Assembly (NCBI GenBank): GCA_947589025.1 | Contig: CANQAY010000003.1 | Span: 24,907 to 88,906, forward strand | Source: an uncultured Clostridia bacterium | GTDB lineage: Bacteria; Bacillota; Clostridia; Christensenellales; UBA1242 | DNA: 64,000 nt | Reading direction: 5' to 3' | Shown: positions 20,262 through 31,054 of the stretch, in pieces | Layout: every line of letters begins with the position of its first letter | How positions within the stretch are numbered: position 1 is the stretch's first letter | Position numbers and translations under genes: made by a program | Notes under the pieces: generated by a model | Databases searched by the model: none | What the model saw: the letters and a program-made list of their open reading frames with translations, nothing else | Told to the model about the DNA's origin: nothing

Positions 20262-21329
20262 ATGAAAAATTTATGTGTTGTTTTTGGTGGTGCTAGCACC
20301 GAGCATGATATTTCCATTATAACGGGCATGCAACTAGCAAAAAATTTAAAGCCCAAGTACAACTTAGTTAAAATTTATTTTGGGCTAGATAACAAATTTT
20401 ATTTGGCAGATAAGGCGGAGGATATTGCCTTTTTTAAAGATAAGCAAAAGTTAAATTTAAAGGCGGTTATCTTTTATGATGGCGCGGTGTATTTAGAGCA
20501 TAAATTTAAAAAACTTTTTGATGTTGAGTGCGTTATCAATTGTTGCCATGGTGGGCTAGGGGAAAACGGGGATTTATCCGCACATTTTAACCTTAACAAA
20601 ATTAAATGCACTTCCGCATCCGCGCTTGCCTCGCACATTGCCATGGATAAACATCTTGCAAAGGAGTTGGTTAAAGATATTGTGCCAACGGTTAAGGGGA
20701 TTTTGGTAACGCGTAAAAATTTGGAGGATGCAACAAAAATTATTAACAAAAAGTTTAGTAAAAACCTTATTGTAAAGCCAAATTCACTAGGTTCAAGCAT
20801 TGGGGTAAAGGCTTGTGATAAATCCAATTACATAGACCAAATAAATGCTATTTTTGAACTTAACGATAATGCTCTTGTTGAAGAGCGCGTGGTGGATATT
20901 TTGGAGTATAATCAAGCATGCTTTAAGGATGGCGAAAATTTGGTGCTTAGCGTTATAGAAAACCCAATAACAAAATCGAACTTCTTAACATTTGATGATA
21001 AATATATGCACAAATCGGGCAAAGGGGAGGACCGCATAATCCCGGCCGATATTTCGCCCGAATTGGAGGAGCAAATTATTGATTACACTTCCAAAATTTA
21101 CACTGCATTAAACATGAACGGACTGGTGCGCATTGACTATATTTTAGATAAGTCCACCAACACACTCTATTTTAATGAAATTAACACCATCCCGGGCAGC
21201 ATGGCGTTTTACCTTTACGAGCCACTTGGCATAGACTATATAACCCTAATTGAACGCCAAATAGATAACTCCCCCGAAATACAAAAATTTGCCTACTTTA
21301 AAACCGATGTGCTAAACAAAAAAATATAA
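20262..21329 (+). CDS. ddl: D-alanine--D-alanine ligase
   Basis: VVFGG.S.EH.IS, HGG.GENG, ATP-grasp C-terminus (FNEINTIPG). Confidence 0.93.
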   Translation: MKNLCVVFGGASTEHDISIITGMQLAKNLKPKYNLVKIYFGLDNKFYLADKAEDIAFFKDKQKLNLKAVIFYDGAVYLEHKFKKLFDVECVINCCHGGLGENGDLSAHFNLNKIKCTSASALASHIAMDKHLAKELVKDIVPTVKGILVTRKNLEDATKIINKKFSKNLIVKPNSLGSSIGVKACDKSNYIDQINAIFELNDNALVEERVVDILEYNQACFKDGENLVLSVIENPITKSNFLTFDDKYMHKSGKGEDRIIPADISPELEEQIIDYTSKIYTALNMNGLVRIDYILDKSTNTLYFNEINTIPGSMAFYLYEPLGIDYITLIERQIDNSPEIQKFAYFKTDVLNKKI

Positions 21330-21350
21330 CACCCCGAGGGGTGTTTTTTA
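21329..21350. terminator. bidirectional terminator between ddl and the convergent gene
   Basis: ACACCCC-ga-GGGGTGT hairpin flanked by A- and T-runs. Confidence 0.7.
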
Positions 21351-21980
21351 ATTTGCATCTAAGCGAGAACTTGTGTTATTTGTATTTTTAACTCTAACAA
21401 TATTTGGTGTGTACCCGCCAATCTCTTTAATTGCCTTTTCAATTTTAGAAACATGTGCGCCAGCAACATTTGCGGCAAATAGTTCCAAAACTTTGGTGTT
21501 GCCAATTTTTATTAGGGCATTTTCTATCTTTTTAACATCGCAAAATTCTGAGTATCGCGCAAGAACATAAAGTTGTTCGGCACTATTTAGCTCAATTAAA
21601 GCATCTTGAAGTTTAGCAATTAAACTCTTTGTATGTTTTTCATTTGGGAGAGAAAGCGACTCAATAGCATGCCCCATTTCGGCAATGTAAGTTACGTTTT
21701 TAGATTTTATTACATAATCTACAATAGCAGATAAATCTATTCCATCAACAAAAGATAAATAACAAATATTTTCAAGATTGCCCGAGTTAAAAACAAAACT
21801 TTCAATTCTATTAAGCAGTTCGTCGCGGCCCACGCCATTTTTTAAACGGTTTAAAGTGTTAACAACATTATCATCAACCGCTTTTAATTTAATATATTTT
21901 GTTAATTTAGTTTCAAGTTCTATGATTTGGTCGTCAGTAATGTCACCCAACAATTTTTTAATTCTATTAGATATGTCCAT
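21348..21980 (-). CDS. hypothetical helical-repeat protein
   Basis: Track ORF 21348..21992 (TTG start). The ATG at 21980 (MDISNR) is preceded by GGGAGA, so I prefer it. No motif recognised. Confidence 0.5.
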   Translation of the reverse strand: MDISNRIKKLLGDITDDQIIELETKLTKYIKLKAVDDNVVNTLNRLKNGVGRDELLNRIESFVFNSGNLENICYLSFVDGIDLSAIVDYVIKSKNVTYIAEMGHAIESLSLPNEKHTKSLIAKLQDALIELNSAEQLYVLARYSEFCDVKKIENALIKIGNTKVLELFAANVAGAHVSKIEKAIKEIGGYTPNIVRVKNTNNTSSRLDAN

Positions 21981-22058
21981 ACAATCTCCCAATAATTATG
22001 TTAACATTATAAGTTTAAAAATTAATTTTGTCAACTTTTTAAAAACAAATTAAAAAAA

Positions 22059-22087
22059 TTGCTTTAAAAAATTTTATTTGGTATAAT
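22059..22087 (+). promoter_or_regulatory. sigma-A type promoter upstream of the topoisomerase operon
   Basis: TTGCTT, 17-nt spacer, TATAAT with an upstream TG (TGgTATAAT). Confidence 0.6.
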
Positions 22088-22129
22088 TATGGCGTTTGAA
22101 TGCAACATTAAAAGATAAAAGGGGATTTT

Positions 22130-24073
22130 ATGGCTAGTTATGATAGTAAAGATTTAATTGTTTTAGAGGGGTTGGACGCGGTGCGCATGCGCCCGGGCAT
22201 GTACATTGGCACAACCGGTGTTAAAGGTTTGCACCATTTGTTGTGGGAAATTATTGATAACGCAATAGACGAAGTTGCCAATGGCTATGGCAATAAGGTG
22301 GAAGTAACTTTACATAAAGATGGCACTGCTTCCGTGTTTGATAACGGTCGTGGCATTCCGGTTAGCCCGCACCCAAAACTTAAAATTAGCGGGGTGGAGG
22401 TTGTTTTCACTCAACTTCACGCCGGCGGCAAGTTTGGGGATAGCAACTATAAATATTCTGGCGGGCTTCACGGTGTGGGTGCCAGCGTTACAAACGCATT
22501 AAGCCGATATTTGGAAGTTACCGTTTATAAAGACGGCAAAAAATATTTTGCCCGCTTTGAAAGCGTTGAAAGGGGCGGCAAAATACACAGCGGCGTGGTG
22601 GTGGAGCCATTGCACGAGCAAGGCAAAACCACATTAAAGGGCACATATGTGCGCTTTTTGCCGGATGATAGAGTGTTTAAAGATACCCGCTTTGATTACG
22701 AAACTGTGTTAGAAAGGCTTAAAGAAACCGCGTTTTTAAACAAGGGCGTGCACATTGAACTTATTGACGAGCGCACCAATAAGCGTGAAACTTTGTGTTA
22801 CGAGGGCGGCATACGCGATTATGTTACCAGCCTTACTATGGATAAAAAACCGCTTTTTGTTCCACCAATTTTTATTGAAAGCACAATTGAAGATACTTAT
22901 GTTTCTTTGGCATTGCAGTATGTGGATACATATACAGAAAGCATATTTAGTTATGTAAACAACATCCCAACACCAGAGGGCGGCACGCACGAGGTTGGTT
23001 TTAAATCCGCCCTAACAAAGGTTTTAAACGATTTTGCCAAAAAGCACCCAAACAGCAAGGATAAAGACATAACCTTTATGGGGGATGATTTTAGGGAAGG
23101 TTTGGTGGCGGTTTTGTCCATTAAAATGAAAAATGTGCAGTTTGAAGGGCAAACTAAAACAAAACTTGGCAACACCGAGGCAAAAGCGCGGGTTGAAAGC
23201 GTTTGCACACAAGGCTTAACCGAATTTTTTGAAAGCAAAAAGAACGAAAACATTGGCAATATTATTATAGAAAAGGCGCGTGGGGCGGCTCGTGTTAGGG
23301 CAGCTGCAAAGCGCGCTAAGGATTTAACGCGCGCCAAAAACTCAATTGAAGGCAGCATGCTTATTGGCAAACTGGCAAACTGCACCAGCCGAAATGCCGA
23401 AATTAACGAAGTGTTTATTGTTGAAGGCGACAGTGCGGGCGGCACGGCAAAGCAGGGGAGAGATAGATATTATCAAGCTATATTGCCATTAAGGGGCAAG
23501 CCGTTAAATAGTGAGAAAAAGCGCATAGACCAAGTGCTTGCAAATGAGGAAATCCGCACAATTATCGGCGCAATTGGCACCGGCATTGGGGAGGATTTTA
23601 AACTAGAAAATTTAAAATATAATAAAATTATAATTTTAAGCGATGCCGATCAGGACGGTATGCACATAAGGTGCATTTTGCTTACTTTCTTTTTCCGTTA
23701 TATGCGCCCGTTAATCACAAACGGCAACATTTATGTTGGCATGCCTCCGCTTTACATGGTGGAAACTGCTGGCAAACAAAAATATTGCTATTCGGATGAA
23801 GAACTGGCGGATTACACCAAAAACTTAAAAAATTACACCATCCAGCGTTATAAAGGCCTTGGCGAAATGAGTGCTGACCAACTTTGGACAACCACAATGG
23901 ACCCAGCAAAACGCAGCATGATACGCGTAACACTTGAAGACGCAGTTTTGGCGGATAAAGAAATAACCATGTGGATGGGCGATGATGTTGGCCCAAGAAA
24001 GGACTATATTAATAAATTTGCCAATTTTAACAAGTTGGATACCTTTGATAAAGATACAGAAGGGGATAAGTGA
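22130..24073 (+). CDS. parE: type IIA topoisomerase subunit B (ParE-like; GyrB not excluded)
   Basis: GHKL ATPase ([24 protein letters not shown]), TOPRIM ([18 protein letters not shown]), 647 aa. The subunit assignment follows the partner gene. Confidence 0.85.
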   Translation: MASYDSKDLIVLEGLDAVRMRPGMYIGTTGVKGLHHLLWEIIDNAIDEVANGYGNKVEVTLHKDGTASVFDNGRGIPVSPHPKLKISGVEVVFTQLHAGGKFGDSNYKYSGGLHGVGASVTNALSRYLEVTVYKDGKKYFARFESVERGGKIHSGVVVEPLHEQGKTTLKGTYVRFLPDDRVFKDTRFDYETVLERLKETAFLNKGVHIELIDERTNKRETLCYEGGIRDYVTSLTMDKKPLFVPPIFIESTIEDTYVSLALQYVDTYTESIFSYVNNIPTPEGGTHEVGFKSALTKVLNDFAKKHPNSKDKDITFMGDDFREGLVAVLSIKMKNVQFEGQTKTKLGNTEAKARVESVCTQGLTEFFESKKNENIGNIIIEKARGAARVRAAAKRAKDLTRAKNSIEGSMLIGKLANCTSRNAEINEVFIVEGDSAGGTAKQGRDRYYQAILPLRGKPLNSEKKRIDQVLANEEIRTIIGAIGTGIGEDFKLENLKYNKIIILSDADQDGMHIRCILLTFFFRYMRPLITNGNIYVGMPPLYMVETAGKQKYCYSDEELADYTKNLKNYTIQRYKGLGEMSADQLWTTTMDPAKRSMIRVTLEDAVLADKEITMWMGDDVGPRKDYINKFANFNKLDTFDKDTEGDK

Positions 24074-26496
24074 TGAAAGAAAAGAAAATTGAAACACCAG
24101 TAAGCGCAAATATGTATGAAAAAACAGTGGAAGAAATAATGTCCATATCCATGTTGCCATATAGTGAATATGTTATTATGGACCGAGCCCTTCCGCGCGT
24201 GGAGGATGGCTTAAAACCCGTTCAGCGCCGCATTTTGTTTGATATGCTTGAACTGGGCGTTACACCAGATAAGCCCTTTAAAAAATCCGCCCGCATAGTG
24301 GGGGATACGCTGGGTAAATTCCACCCACATGGGGATAGTTCGGTTTATGGCGCAATGGTGCGCATGGCGCAGGATTTTGTTATGGGAGAGCGCCTTGTTG
24401 AAGGCCACGGCAACTTTGGCTCAATTGATGGCGACCCACCTGCCGCAATGCGTTACACCGAAGTTAGGTTAAGTCCGCTTGCGCTTGAACTTATGAGCGA
24501 TTTGGATAAAGACACAGTTACTTACAGCCTAAATTTTGATGATACATTAAAAGAGCCAGACTATTTAACCGGACGCTTTCCAAACTTGTTTGTAAATGGT
24601 GCTTCTGGCATTGCCGTTGGGCTTGCAACCAACATTCCAACCCACAATTTGGGTGAAATGATTGATGGCTGCGTGGCTTACATAGACAACCCTAAAATTA
24701 CGCTTAACGAGATGTTAAAAGTGGTTAAGGGGCCAGATTTTCCAACCGGCGGCATGGTTTGTGCCTCTAACGATATGGTGGATGCCTACACAACTGGCCG
24801 CGGCAAGGTTACAATGCGTGCAGTTTTCCACACGGAAGATGACAAAAACGGCAAAACCAACATTGTTATAACCGAATTACCTTATCAGGTTAATAAGGCG
24901 GAATTTTTAAAATCGGTTAGTGACCTTAAAGAAAAATTAAAAGATGAATTGGCAGATATCTCCGCCATACAAGACGAAAGTGATAAAACCGGCATGCGCG
25001 CCGTTATTCAAGTAAAAAAGGACGCAGACGTTAATAACATAATAGCCATTTTGTTAAAGCACACAGATATGCAACTTAATTTTAACTATAATGTGGTGGC
25101 AATTGCCGATGGCAGCCCTAAGCAGTTGGGTTTGTTGGATTATTTAAATTATTATGTTAAATTTCAGTTAAACATTATTGTAAGGCGCACAAAGTTTGAT
25201 TTGGAAAAAGCCAAAGCCCGCGCTCATATTGTGGAGGGCTTGTGCGTTGCAATTCAAAACATTGATGAGGTTGTTAAAATTATTAAAACCTCCAAATCCA
25301 CCGCCGATGCAAAAACAAAATTAATGCAAAGGTTTAATTTAACCGATGTTCAAACGCAAGCCATTTTGGATATGCGCTTAAGCAGATTAACCAACCTGGA
25401 AACTGAAAAATTGCAGCAGGAGTTAAAAGACCTTAAAAAGCAAATTAAAGAATTAACCGCCATTTTAAACAGCCAAGATAAACAATATGAGGTTATTAAA
25501 AAAGAACTTTTAACAATTAAAGAAAAATATGCCACCCCGCGTAAAACTAAAATAGTAACCGATTTTGAAAATTACGATATAACTCCAATTGAAAAATTGC
25601 TGGATACCGAATGTGCCGTGGCGCTAACTAACGATGGAATGCGCTTAAAAACGCTGGATATAAAGCAAATTCAAAACGCAACCCCAAGTTATAAATATGA
25701 AAATATTAACGCGCTGCACAAAACCATAGTGCACACAAGCATGAACAGTTCCGTTTGCGCGTTTACTAACTTTGGCAACTTCTTTAAATTAAATGTTAGG
25801 GATATACCTAGCGCCAAATTTGCCACAAAAGGCACAAATTTCAGCCAGATTACGCACGCCGAAACTAAGGAAAAAATTGTTGCCCTGTTTGATGAAAACG
25901 AACTTAAAGAGGCCAAAGAACTTGTTATGGCAACCCAAGATGGCTACATTAAGCGCATAGAAACTGCCGAGTACGAAACTTTAAAATCGGGCAGCATTGC
26001 GCTAAAATTAAAGGATTTTGACCGCCTTGTAAATGTTCAAATTAACGATAATACTCCAAGCATGCTTATGGTGGCCAATGACGGCATGGCCGTTAATGTT
26101 GAATATGCTAGTGTGCCAGTAACCAAGCGCAACAGCGGCGGGGTAATAGGCATGAGCCTAAATGAAAACGCAAAAGTTATTTTTGCCGGCCTTGTTAACA
26201 CGCTGGATAGGGTGCTTGTTGTAACCCCAGATGCGTGCGCTAAAAAGTTTAGTTTAAATGAAATCCCAGTAAGCGCAAGGAACAGAAAAGGCTTAAAAAT
26301 AATTACGGGTAAGGAGCAAATTTTTGCAATAATTTCACCAATTGTAACGGGTGAAGTTGTGCTAAGTGATAAGGATGGCAACATTCAAACGGTGGATGTT
26401 AACGACATTCCAATTCAGCCACGCACCGCCGCATGTAAACCATTAGTTAAAAAATCTAAAATAACCCTTAAAGAAGTTGGCTTATATTTAAATTAA
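24070..26496 (+). CDS. parC: type IIA topoisomerase subunit A (ParC-like; GyrA not excluded)
   Basis: [11 protein letters not shown] (Gln as in ParC, where GyrA usually has His), HPHGDSSVY, catalytic AAMRYTE. I could not find a GyrA-box (QRRGGKG-like) in the C-terminal domain. Confidence 0.8.
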   Translation: MMKEKKIETPVSANMYEKTVEEIMSISMLPYSEYVIMDRALPRVEDGLKPVQRRILFDMLELGVTPDKPFKKSARIVGDTLGKFHPHGDSSVYGAMVRMAQDFVMGERLVEGHGNFGSIDGDPPAAMRYTEVRLSPLALELMSDLDKDTVTYSLNFDDTLKEPDYLTGRFPNLFVNGASGIAVGLATNIPTHNLGEMIDGCVAYIDNPKITLNEMLKVVKGPDFPTGGMVCASNDMVDAYTTGRGKVTMRAVFHTEDDKNGKTNIVITELPYQVNKAEFLKSVSDLKEKLKDELADISAIQDESDKTGMRAVIQVKKDADVNNIIAILLKHTDMQLNFNYNVVAIADGSPKQLGLLDYLNYYVKFQLNIIVRRTKFDLEKAKARAHIVEGLCVAIQNIDEVVKIIKTSKSTADAKTKLMQRFNLTDVQTQAILDMRLSRLTNLETEKLQQELKDLKKQIKELTAILNSQDKQYEVIKKELLTIKEKYATPRKTKIVTDFENYDITPIEKLLDTECAVALTNDGMRLKTLDIKQIQNATPSYKYENINALHKTIVHTSMNSSVCAFTNFGNFFKLNVRDIPSAKFATKGTNFSQITHAETKEKIVALFDENELKEAKELVMATQDGYIKRIETAEYETLKSGSIALKLKDFDRLVNVQINDNTPSMLMVANDGMAVNVEYASVPVTKRNSGGVIGMSLNENAKVIFAGLVNTLDRVLVVTPDACAKKFSLNEIPVSARNRKGLKIITGKEQIFAIISPIVTGEVVLSDKDGNIQTVDVNDIPIQPRTAACKPLVKKSKITLKEVGLYLN

Positions 26497-26546
26497 AATT
26501 TTAACAAATTTGACAACTTTTTACAAATTATTTCATATTTTATGAT

Positions 26547-26882
26547 ATGGAAGCGTCTTTCCTTGAACTGAAACGCAAGCAGGTCATTAACACGGTGGAC
26601 GGCAAATGTCTGGGGCATATCACAGACATAATTTTTGATGTTGTAACCGCCAACGCGCTTGGCTTTGTTGTGCCGCAGCCCAATGTTGGCTTTTGGGGCA
26701 TGTTTAAGGGAAATAAAGATCTATTTATTCCATTCAATTGCGTGTGCAAAATTGGGGTGGATGTAATTTTAGTTGAACTTTATGTTAATGAAAACCCGCC
26801 TCCACCACCTCCGCCAAAAGGTGGCAAAAACAAACCAAATGTAATAACGCTTGGCAACAACAATTTAAACACAAATTACTAA
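26547..26882 (+). CDS. YlmC/YmxH-family PRC-barrel sporulation protein with a Pro7 C-terminal extension
   Basis: L..K.VIN..DG..LG...D..FD pattern; the tail reads NENPPPPPPPKGGKNKP. Confidence 0.8.
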   Translation: MEASFLELKRKQVINTVDGKCLGHITDIIFDVVTANALGFVVPQPNVGFWGMFKGNKDLFIPFNCVCKIGVDVILVELYVNENPPPPPPPKGGKNKPNVITLGNNNLNTNY

Positions 26883-27040
26883 CAAGGTGTCGCTTTGTTT
26901 TTCTATATTTAGAACATTTTTTTGCAAAATACCCCTTATGTAGATAAATTAAATTTAAAAAATTTTTAAAAATATGCAAAAATCGTTTGTAAAAAATGTT
27001 CATCTGTGCCATAATATAATAAGATTTTAAGGAGAGTATT

Positions 27041-27475
27041 ATGAAATGTATTTTTTGTGGCAACAGCGAAAGTAAGGTAGTTGACAGCCGTTATCTTAAG
27101 GACACCAGCATCAGGCGCAGGCGTGAATGCCTAAAATGTGGCAAGCGCTTTACAACCTATGAAACGGTAGAATCCAACCCAATGGTGGTTACCAATGTGG
27201 ATAATGTGCGTGAGCCTTTTAAAATTGATAAGTTAACTGAAAGCATTAAATATGCCACCTATTGCGTTAATCTTGCCAAATCGGTTGAAGAAATTGTAAA
27301 TAGTATTGAATCTAAATTATATGGCTTGCAAAAGCAGGAGATTTCCACGCAAGATATTGTTCGCGTGGCACTTGATGTGCTTATGGAAGTTAGTTCAATG
27401 GCATGCCTTGTTTATTACACTCAGCACACCGATTGCAATAGTTTTGAAGATGTGCGCAACTTTTTAAATAGATAA
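27041..27475 (+). CDS. nrdR: NrdR transcriptional repressor
   Basis: MKCIFCG...SKVVDSR.......RRRREC..CGKRFTTYE zinc ribbon plus an ATP-cone. Confidence 0.93.
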   Translation: MKCIFCGNSESKVVDSRYLKDTSIRRRRECLKCGKRFTTYETVESNPMVVTNVDNVREPFKIDKLTESIKYATYCVNLAKSVEEIVNSIESKLYGLQKQEISTQDIVRVALDVLMEVSSMACLVYYTQHTDCNSFEDVRNFLNR

Positions 27476-27489
27476 TTTTATTTTAGGGG

Positions 27490-27517
27490 TTGACAAATTT
27501 TCAAAACATGCTAAAAT
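27490..27517 (+). promoter_or_regulatory. sigma-A type promoter
   Basis: TTGACA (27490-27495), 16-nt spacer, TGcTAAAAT extended -10 (hexamer 27512-27517). Confidence 0.6.
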
Positions 27518-27533
27518 TAAAACGAGGTGTGTA

Positions 27534-27956
27534 ATGAAAAAGAAGCAAAACCTGCCAACAGAGGCTGCAAAACAGTTGCAAAAACACAAAATTGGGGCAG
27601 CAGCATCCATAACATTATTTGGCGTTTCTTTGGTTGCAATTTTGGCATCAATTTTGTTTGTTCCTGCTGCAATAGTGGTGGCTATATTTCTATCTTTGGG
27701 CTCGGCAGCCAGTTTTGGCGCAAATATAAGTGACTATAATAAAATTTTAATGGATTATTCTTACATTGAAAATGAAAGCAAACCCGATAATGAAGCAAAT
27801 AATGTAACAAATCAAAACGCACAATCGCAAACAAAAGTTTCGCAAGAGCAGGCTAATGTATCGCGTTCGTCAATTTATCTATCTAGGCCTAAAAAATATA
27901 ACACTATGTATGAAGACAATGTAAAAGAAGATAATAACGAAACAAATCAATTATAA
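27534..27956 (+). CDS. hypothetical membrane protein (2 TM, Asn/Gln-rich tail)
   Basis: Track ORF with hydrophobic segments ITLFGVSLVAILASILFVPAAIVVAIFLSLG. Confidence 0.5.
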   Translation: MKKKQNLPTEAAKQLQKHKIGAAASITLFGVSLVAILASILFVPAAIVVAIFLSLGSAASFGANISDYNKILMDYSYIENESKPDNEANNVTNQNAQSQTKVSQEQANVSRSSIYLSRPKKYNTMYEDNVKEDNNETNQL

Positions 27957-28044
27957 ACTTGGCTTGCCAAGTTTTTTTATTAAATATTTAATATTAATTG
28001 CAAAAAAATTAATTTTATGTTAATCTAACAAAAATAGGAGAATT

Positions 28045-29631
28045 ATGATAACAGTAAACAATGTGGCTGTTCAGTTTGGAAGCCGAAAACTTTTTGATGA
28101 AGTAAACTTAAAATTTACAAAAGGCAATTGCTATGGCGTAATTGGTGCCAACGGCGCGGGTAAATCTACTTTTATGCGCGTTCTTTCTGGCGATTTAGAG
28201 CCAAATAAAGGTGAGGTCATTATTCCGCCTAAAGAAAGGCTTTCAGTGTTAGAGCAAAACCAAGAAAAATATAATAATTACACCGTTCTTCGCACCGTTT
28301 TAATGGGGCACAAGCGCCTTGTTGAAATTATGGACGAGAAAGAAATGTATTATCAAAAAACCGATTTTACCGAGGAAGACGGCGTAAAACTTGGCGAACT
28401 TGAAGCCGAATTTATGGAACTTAACGGCTGGGATGCAGAAAGTGATGCGGAAAATTTATTAAATTCGCTAGAAATTCCTAAAGAATTGCACAACGAACTT
28501 ATGCAAAATGTGGATAGCAAAATTAAAGTTAAAGTTTTGCTTGCTCAAGCATTATTTTCTAACCCAGATAATTTAATTTTGGATGAACCTACAAACAACT
28601 TGGATGTTAAAACCATTCGTTGGCTGGAAGATTTTATTTTAAATTTCCAAAACACAATAATAATTGTAAGCCACAATAGGCACTTTTTAAACAAGGTTTG
28701 CACCCACATTTGTGATATTGATTATGGCAAAATTAATTTATATTTAGGCAATTACGATTTTTGGTATGAATCTAGCCAGCTTGCCTTAAAACAAATGAAG
28801 GAACAAAACAAAAAAGCAGAGCAACGCGCTAAAGAATTGCAAGAATTTATTGCGCGTTTTTCCGCCAACGCATCAAAATCTAAGCAAGCCACAAGCAGAA
28901 AAAAGGAATTAGAGCGCTTAACAATAGAAGATATTAAACCTTCTAGTAGAAAATATCCGTATATCGATTTTAAATTTGACCAGCGAATTGGTAACGACAT
29001 TTTGTTTGTTAAAAACCTAACAAAAAAGGGCTTGTTTGAAAATGTTAGCTTTACAGTTAGGCCAGATAATAAAATTGCCATTATGAGTGATAACAGCAAT
29101 GTTGTAACCGCCTTATTTGAAATTCTTTCTGGCAAAGATACTGATTATAAAGGTGAGGTTAAATGGGGCAAAACCATAACCGCCACTTATCTTCCACAAA
29201 ACAACAATAGTTATTTTGAAAATTGTGATTTATCACTTGTTGAATGGATTGGCCAATTCACTAAAGAGAACGATGCCACATTCTTGCGCAGTTGGTTGGG
29301 CAGAATGTTGTTTAGCGGTGAAGAGGCAGAAAAGAAGGCAAAAGTGCTTTCTGGTGGTGAAAAGGTTAGGTGCATGCTGGCAAAAATGATGCTACAATCT
29401 GGCAACTTTTTGCTTTTAGATGAGCCAACCAACCATTTGGACCTTGAAAGTATAACCGCCCTAAATAAGGGCATGGAGCGTTTTGATGGTTGCATGATTT
29501 TCTCCACCCATGATGAAGAGATTATCTCTACCGTTGCCAACCGCATAATCCGCATAAACAAAACGCTTGAATACGATAACGAAATTGATTATGATAGTTA
29601 TGTGGATACTCAATTGAAAAAGAAAAATTAA
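28045..29631 (+). CDS. ABC-F family ATPase (two NBDs, no TMD)
   Basis: Two Walker A/signature sets (GANGAGKST, and LSGGEKVR with LLLDEPTNHLD) separated by a charged linker (KEQNKKAEQRAKELQEFI). Confidence 0.9.
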   Translation: MITVNNVAVQFGSRKLFDEVNLKFTKGNCYGVIGANGAGKSTFMRVLSGDLEPNKGEVIIPPKERLSVLEQNQEKYNNYTVLRTVLMGHKRLVEIMDEKEMYYQKTDFTEEDGVKLGELEAEFMELNGWDAESDAENLLNSLEIPKELHNELMQNVDSKIKVKVLLAQALFSNPDNLILDEPTNNLDVKTIRWLEDFILNFQNTIIIVSHNRHFLNKVCTHICDIDYGKINLYLGNYDFWYESSQLALKQMKEQNKKAEQRAKELQEFIARFSANASKSKQATSRKKELERLTIEDIKPSSRKYPYIDFKFDQRIGNDILFVKNLTKKGLFENVSFTVRPDNKIAIMSDNSNVVTALFEILSGKDTDYKGEVKWGKTITATYLPQNNNSYFENCDLSLVEWIGQFTKENDATFLRSWLGRMLFSGEEAEKKAKVLSGGEKVRCMLAKMMLQSGNFLLLDEPTNHLDLESITALNKGMERFDGCMIFSTHDEEIISTVANRIIRINKTLEYDNEIDYDSYVDTQLKKKN

Positions 29632-29711
29632 CATTTTAATAAAAAAGCCTTTTAAAAAGGCCTTTTTTGTTAAATTGGGCTATAAAACTAAAATTTTTCA
29701 TATATTTTTTT

Positions 29712-29966
29712 ATGAGCATGTTAAGTGAAATAGAAAAATTTATGGGCTCTGCCGAAGCTTCAATAAATTATCGCATTGTAAATTTGGGCGGCAAAAGCTT
29801 ATACATTGAAGGCTTAAAGGCAGTTGTAAGTTTTGGCGTTAACGAAATGCAGTTTCAGTTAAAACATAGCTTACTTTCAGTTGTTGGCAGCCAGTTAAAA
29901 ATTAAATATTTAGATAAAACCACCTGCATAATTGTTGGGGAAATAACATCGGTGGTGAGCAAATGA
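29712..29966 (+). CDS. yqfC: YqfC/YabP-family sporulation protein
   Basis: YabP-like core (LYIEG...V..F...E..F.......V.G..L.I......). Immediately upstream of, and overlapping, yqfD. Start uncertain (ATG at 29712, 29718 or 29742). Confidence 0.7.
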   Translation: MSMLSEIEKFMGSAEASINYRIVNLGGKSLYIEGLKAVVSFGVNEMQFQLKHSLLSVVGSQLKIKYLDKTTCIIVGEITSVVSK

Positions 29967-31054
29967 AATTTACTTTAACAGGTTATAATGCGGATAACCT
30001 TTTAAAAACGCTTTATATTAAAAAAGTAACGCTATATAATGTGCAACGTCCGGATGTAAAAACCCTAATGTTTGAAGTGGCAGAAAAGGACGAAAAAAAG
30101 GTAAAGCGTTACATTGCCAACTTTAAAGTTAAGCGCACTCCAAAATTAATTAAGCGCTTGCCCAAATTTGTGCTAATTAATTTAGGGTTAATTTTAGGCG
30201 TGTTTTTAGGCGGAATTTTTTTTCTTTTTGCATCTAATTATACTTGGAAAATTTCCATTTACGGCACAAAAGAACTTTCAGTTAGCGAAATTATTGATGT
30301 TTTAAACAAAAATGGCGTAAAAACGGGCAAAATAAACCTGCAGTCTAGCGAGGAAATTGAAAGCATTTTGTTAAATAATTATGATAGAATAGCCCAAGTT
30401 TCAGTTATACGCGAGGGCACGCACATAATAATAAATTTAAGTGAAAAACTAGTTTATGAGGAAGAAGAATTTGCCCCGTTAACCGCAAAATTTAGCGGAA
30501 TAATAACCAAAATTAATGTAATTTCTGGCACAAACAACGTTAAAGTGGGCTCATTTGTTAATGTTGGAGATGTGCTTGTGCTTCCGTTTAACATAAATAG
30601 CAATGGGCAAAAGGTTAGCGTTAAGCCATTGGCAGAAATTTTGGGCAAAATTTACATAACCAACACATTGCAATTAAGCAAAATTGAAACAAAACTTGTG
30701 CCAACTGGCAAATCCACCACAATATATAACTATAAAATATTTAATTTAAATTTATTTTCTGGCAAAAACAAAAATTCGTTTGCACTTTTTTCTTCAACAA
30801 GTTATAATGAAAATATATCAAGGCTAATTCCGTTATCTCGCGATGTGGTAACATATTTTGAACTAACACCAACGCAAATTGAACACAATTTTGAATTGGA
30901 GCGGGCAGAACTTGAAAAAAATGCGTTAAATTCTGTGTTGTCAAATTTGCCACAATATAGCCAAAAGTTTGGTGAAAAGGTAACCACCAGCATTGTGGAT
31001 AATGTGATGTATGCCAGCGCGGTGGTGGAGTTGGAGGGCTCGTTAATTGGTTGA
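29963..31054 (+). CDS. yqfD: sporulation protein YqfD
   Basis: Size, a single TM after ~60 aa, and the position after yqfC and before ybeY/era, as in Bacillus yqfC-yqfD. Confidence 0.75.
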   Translation: MKFTLTGYNADNLLKTLYIKKVTLYNVQRPDVKTLMFEVAEKDEKKVKRYIANFKVKRTPKLIKRLPKFVLINLGLILGVFLGGIFFLFASNYTWKISIYGTKELSVSEIIDVLNKNGVKTGKINLQSSEEIESILLNNYDRIAQVSVIREGTHIIINLSEKLVYEEEEFAPLTAKFSGIITKINVISGTNNVKVGSFVNVGDVLVLPFNINSNGQKVSVKPLAEILGKIYITNTLQLSKIETKLVPTGKSTTIYNYKIFNLNLFSGKNKNSFALFSSTSYNENISRLIPLSRDVVTYFELTPTQIEHNFELERAELEKNALNSVLSNLPQYSQKFGEKVTTSIVDNVMYASAVVELEGSLIG

